Assembly: GCA_038206295.1 (NCBI GenBank)
Contig: JBBRAZ010000014.1
Coordinates: 6,771 to 70,770 of the forward strand
Length of the DNA stretch: 64,000 bases
Reading direction: 5' to 3'
DNA from: Acidimicrobiales bacterium
Lineage (GTDB): Bacteria > Actinomycetota > Acidimicrobiia > Acidimicrobiales > JBBRAZ01
Shown: piece after piece, positions 60,542 to 64,000 of the stretch
How the letters are laid out: each line of letters begins with the position of its first letter
Numbering within the stretch: the first letter of the stretch is position 1
Notes under the pieces: generated by a model
The model's database searches: none
The model's input: only the letters and a program-made list of their open reading frames with translations
Told to the model about the DNA's origin: nothing
Program-made: the position numbers and the translations under genes

Positions 60542-61399
60542 TCAGAGGACCGGGCTCGGGTCGGGCTCGTCGACGACGGGGTTCTCGAGCACGCCGATGC
60601 CGTCGATCTCGACGCGCACCGTGCTGCCGGCCCGCAGCAGCACCGGCGGCTGGCGGGTGATGCCGACCCCCGACGGCGTGCCGGTGGCCAGCAGCGTGCC
60701 GGGCCGCAGCGTCATGACCGTCGAGAGGATCGCGATCTGCTCTGCGATGCCGTGGATCATCTGCGAGGTCGAGGCGTCCTGCATCACCTCGCCGTCGAGC
60801 AGCGTGCGCAGCCGGAGGTCCTGCGGGTCGGCCACGTCGTCGGGGGTGACGATCCACGGGCCGGTTGGGCCGTGGGTGTCCCAGCTCTTGCCGAGGGTCA
60901 TCGTGGGCGATCGCATCTGCCAGTCGCGGACCGTCACGTCGTTGACGACGAAGTACCCGCCGACCACCTCGAGCGCGCGCTCGACGGGCACGTGGCGGCA
61001 CCGACGGCCGATGACGACGCCGAGCTCTCCCTCGTAGTCCACGAGCCCGGATGCCGCCGGCACGTGGATGTCATCGCCTGGCCCGACGATGCACGTGACC
61101 TGCTTGTTGAAGAAGATCGGGAACCCCGGCTCGTCGCGTCCGGTCTCCGCCACGTGATCGGCGTAGTTGAGGCCGATGGCGAGGAACTCCGGTGGATTTG
61201 GTATCGGTGCCAGCAGCTGCACATCCCGTAGCGGCACCGGCGCGGCGATCGCAGCTGATCGGGCCTCGGCGGCGGCGCCGGGCGCGAGCAGCGCCACCAC
61301 GTCGTCGGTCCCGAGCGGCACGACCACGGCGTCGTCGCCGTCGCCCTCGACGGCCGCCGCAGTGGTTGCGCCGTGGTGGTCGATACGGGCGATGCGCAT
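60542..61399 (-). CDS. Fumarylacetoacetate hydrolase family protein
   Basis: IGLNYADH, FFNK, DYEGEL, NDVTVRDWQ, GKSWDT.GP, TGTPSGVG. Confidence 0.93.
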   Translation of the reverse strand: MRIARIDHHGATTAAAVEGDGDDAVVVPLGTDDVVALLAPGAAAEARSAAIAAPVPLRDVQLLAPIPNPPEFLAIGLNYADHVAETGRDEPGFPIFFNKQVTCIVGPGDDIHVPAASGLVDYEGELGVVIGRRCRHVPVERALEVVGGYFVVNDVTVRDWQMRSPTMTLGKSWDTHGPTGPWIVTPDDVADPQDLRLRTLLDGEVMQDASTSQMIHGIAEQIAILSTVMTLRPGTLLATGTPSGVGITRQPPVLLRAGSTVRVEIDGIGVLENPVVDEPDPSPVL

Positions 61400-61432
61400 G
61401 GGTGCTCTCCTCGGGTGCTGGCTTCCGCTCGC

Positions 61433-61450
61433 AAAATCTATATTCTATAT
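61433..61450. promoter_or_regulatory. Putative GntR operator overlapping the -10 of gntR
   Basis: AT-rich AAAATCTATATTCTATAT in the 54-bp gap between divergent FAH and gntR; TATTCT 7 nt before ATG 61454. Confidence 0.6.
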
Positions 61451-61453
61451 CTC

Positions 61454-62119
61454 ATGGCCGCAACCCCTCGTGTCTTCCCACCACGCCCTCAGTCGCGCGC
61501 AGCGTGGGCCGATGCCGCTCTGCGCGCTGCGATCCTGCGGGGCGAGCTCGCGCCAGGGCAGCGCCTGCGGGCAGCCGAGGTGGCCGAGGAGCTGGCCCTC
61601 AGCCCCACACCGGTGCGCGAAGCGTTCGCTCGCCTCGCTGGTGAGGGCCTGGTGGAGCTGCTGCCCCAGCGCGGCGCTCGCGTGGCGCCCGTGTCGTTCG
61701 AGGATGCCCTCGACCTCTACGAGCTGCGGCTCCTGGTCGAGCCTGAAGCGGTGCGGCGCTCAGTCGAGCATGGCGACGCTGCATGGCTCTCGACCCTCGA
61801 CACCGCCCATCGGGCGTTGGTCGAGCCAGCTGCAGATCTCGCCGAGCTGCTCGAGCGCCACCGAGCGTTCCATCGGGTGCTGGTCGCCGCCTGCCCGTCG
61901 AGCCGCCTCCGGGACCTGGTGGACGAGCTGGGCACGCACGCCCAGCGCTACGCAGCCTTGGGGGCGCAGCGCGAGGAGGGCCACGCCGCCGCGGCCGACG
62001 AGCACGATCGCCTCGTGCGCGCCGCAGCTGGTGGCGACGGCGACGCAGCGGCAGCCGTGGTGCGCGTCCACCTCGGCCACACGTTGGATGCCGTCCGCTC
62101 CAGGGTCCAACGCACGTAG
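61454..62119 (+). CDS. GntR (FadR/FCD) family regulator
   Basis: I.RGELAPG.RL, S.TPVREA..RL..EGLV, FH..LV, EH. Confidence 0.92.
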   Translation: MAATPRVFPPRPQSRAAWADAALRAAILRGELAPGQRLRAAEVAEELALSPTPVREAFARLAGEGLVELLPQRGARVAPVSFEDALDLYELRLLVEPEAVRRSVEHGDAAWLSTLDTAHRALVEPAADLAELLERHRAFHRVLVAACPSSRLRDLVDELGTHAQRYAALGAQREEGHAAAADEHDRLVRAAAGGDGDAAAAVVRVHLGHTLDAVRSRVQRT

Positions 62120-62146
62120 GCTGTCCGCAGCGATCAGGAGGTCGAC

Positions 62147-62992
62147 ATGCCGAGCAGCCCCATGCTCAACGAGAAGTACTTCCAGGCGGACACCCGAGAG
62201 GGTTGGGCGGCCCCGACGATCCCGGGCCCACCCGAGCACGCACCGGCTGGCGCACCCGCCGGTCCGGCCGCCGGCGACGTCATGACCGTGCGGGGCACCG
62301 TGAGCGCCACCGCCGTGCTCTTCGCCATCTTGGCGGTCGGAGCGTTCTTCGGTTGGACGTCGGTCGAGCAGACCACCGGCTTCTCCCTCGACAGCGCCAC
62401 CGGCGATCTGGTCGAGGTGTCCACGACGTCGCTGCCGGGCTGGTTCTTCATCACGCTCATCGCCGCGTTCGGCGTGGCCATCCTCACCGCGTTCAAGGCG
62501 GATCTGGCCCGGTTCACCGCACCGATCTACGCCGTGCTCGAGGGCCTGGTCCTCGGGGCGATCTCTGCGGTGTACGAGTTCCAGTTCGATGGGATCGTGC
62601 TGCAGGCGGTGCTCGCCACCTTCGGCGTGTTCCTCTCCATGCTGGCCCTCTACGGGCTGCGCATCATCAAGGTCACCGAGCGGTCTCGCCGCATGGTCAT
62701 GGCCGCGATGATGGGCATCGTCGTCATGTACGCCCTGGGGTTCGTGTTCTCGATGTTCGGCTCCGACATCCGGTTCTGGAACGAGCCCACCCCGCTGGGC
62801 ATCGGCATCACCCTGGTGATCGTCGCCGTCGCGGCGTACAGCCTGGCGCTGGACTTCGACTTCATCGAGCGAGCTGCCGCAGCCGGCGTCCCGCGACGCA
62901 TGGAGTGGTTCGCCGCCTTCGGCCTGGTCGTCGGACTCGTGTGGCTCTACCTCGAGATCCTGCGGCTGCTCAGCTTGCTGCGCGGCGACTGA
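62147..62992 (+). CDS. Bax inhibitor-1/YccA family membrane protein
   Basis: YAVLEGL..G.IS, GIV.QAV..T, LDFD.IE, W..AFGL...LVWLYLEILRLL. Confidence 0.92.
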   Translation: MPSSPMLNEKYFQADTREGWAAPTIPGPPEHAPAGAPAGPAAGDVMTVRGTVSATAVLFAILAVGAFFGWTSVEQTTGFSLDSATGDLVEVSTTSLPGWFFITLIAAFGVAILTAFKADLARFTAPIYAVLEGLVLGAISAVYEFQFDGIVLQAVLATFGVFLSMLALYGLRIIKVTERSRRMVMAAMMGIVVMYALGFVFSMFGSDIRFWNEPTPLGIGITLVIVAVAAYSLALDFDFIERAAAAGVPRRMEWFAAFGLVVGLVWLYLEILRLLSLLRGD

Positions 62993-63002
62993 CGGCGCAG
63001 CG

Positions 63003-63341
63003 GTGACGACGAAGCGGGTCCCGGTGCCGGTCGACGCCTCGGCGTGCTGCGCATCGGTCCTCGCCGAGCCCCTGGACGAGCACGATGCCGGCGCGCTGGC
63101 AGCGGGGTTCGCTGCGCTGGCAGATCCGGTGCGATTGCGCCTGCTCAGCATCGTTGCCGAGGCCGGCGAGGTGTGCTCCTGCGATCTGGAGGCTCCGCTG
63201 GGTCGCAGCCAGTCGACGGTGAGCCACCACACGCGCGTCCTCGCCGAGGCGGGGCTGCTCGTGGGCGAGAAGCGCGGTCGCTGGGTCTGGTGGAGCGTCG
63301 CACCCGCTCGACTCGACGCGCTGCGCTCAGCGCTCGCCTGA
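63003..63341 (+). CDS. ArsR/SmtB family regulator
   Basis: CC..., ALADPVRL.L, EVCSCDL, SQSTVSHH, RGRWV. Confidence 0.92.
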   Translation: MTTKRVPVPVDASACCASVLAEPLDEHDAGALAAGFAALADPVRLRLLSIVAEAGEVCSCDLEAPLGRSQSTVSHHTRVLAEAGLLVGEKRGRWVWWSVAPARLDALRSALA

Positions 63342-63553
63342 GCGCCGGGTCGCTCGGTCCACCTGCTGCCAGAGAGGTCGAGTCCTGCTGACTGTGGTTC
63401 TCGCGCGCGGTCCCGCTAGCCTGTCGGTGCCCCAGAGAACCGCTGGCACTGCCCTCGAGGTGGTCCGTGCGCCGTGCTCCGGGGAGCGGCGACAGCGGCG
63501 AGCACCACTCGCGCGCCGGCGCGCAGCAGATGTCGACAGATCGAGGAGCGACC

Positions 63554-63841
63554 ATGGCAGCCAACCGCACGACGTTCGAGAAGCTCCAGCGGGACCGGGC
63601 CAAGAAGCTCAAGGCGGACCAGAAGCGTGCCCGCCGCATGGGCGCCGAGGAGGGTCCGGTGCGCACCGGCGGCGACAGCCTCGACGGTGACGTCGAGATC
63701 CCCCAGGTCGACCGCCTGACGCCCGACCAGCTCCTCACCCTCGTCGAGCAGATCACCCGCCAGCTCGAGTCGGGCGTGATCGAGCTCGAGGAGTTCGAGG
63801 AGAAGAAGGCGGACCTCATGGCGCGCATGGGCGCCATCTGA
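63554..63841 (+). CDS. Small hypothetical protein, basic N-terminal helix + SHOCT-like C-terminus
   Basis: GAGGAG RBS; TFEKLQRDRAKK; LESGVIELEEFEEKKADL. Confidence 0.75.
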   Translation: MAANRTTFEKLQRDRAKKLKADQKRARRMGAEEGPVRTGGDSLDGDVEIPQVDRLTPDQLLTLVEQITRQLESGVIELEEFEEKKADLMARMGAI

Positions 63842-63917
63842 GCCCTCACCTGGGCGGCTTCCGGTGCCCGGACCTGGGTAGGGTCGGCTGCAGCGAGCGC
63901 GACCCCGAGGAGCACCG

Positions 63918-64000
63918 ATGAGCACCGACCAGCCGACCAACCCCCACGACGACGGGCGCCGGGTGGCGATCATCGCCACCGACGGGTCCGAGGACGCAGT
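63918..64000 (+). CDS. Universal stress protein, 5' partial
   Basis: GAGGAG RBS, MSTDQ...VAIIATDGSEDA resembles the USP N-terminal motif; runs off the window. Confidence 0.6.
   Translation, partial: MSTDQPTNPHDDGRRVAIIATDGSEDA

Noticed and set aside
63422-63443. TGTCGG as another PafBC-type promoter (also TGTCAC at 24050)
   Set aside because: No TANNNT at the 10-nt spacing.

Overview
High-GC actinobacterial chromosome segment, probably Acidimicrobiia (inferred from gene content, synteny and a proteobacterial-type DapD). It holds a housekeeping backbone: rimO-pgsA-cinA-thpR, recA-miaB-miaA-dapF-hflX-dapCDE, lexA/LysM-nrdR-nrdJ, lgt, comF-response regulator-secA-prfB-ftsEX. Metabolic genes are interspersed, including acyl-CoA carboxylase and dehydrogenase, SDRs, a WbqC/GT2/sulfotransferase module and a GntR-controlled aromatic catabolic operon containing a PPOX/F420-class gene. 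I found no rRNA, tRNA, CRISPR array, transposase or integrase. The most notable signals: (1) a two-tier DNA-damage regulon readable from sequence, with LexA boxes at recA and lexA/LysM and PafBC/RecA-NDp-type promoters at recA and comF; (2) pervasive leaderless promoters; (3) a family of intergenic palindromes with C-rich/G-rich flanks; (4) an Arg-rich uORF coupled to an APH-like kinase; (5) two apparent pseudo-enzymes; (6) a pair of paralogous membrane proteins flanking a GNAT gene. Start codons were refined by eye and product names come from motif recognition, not database searches.
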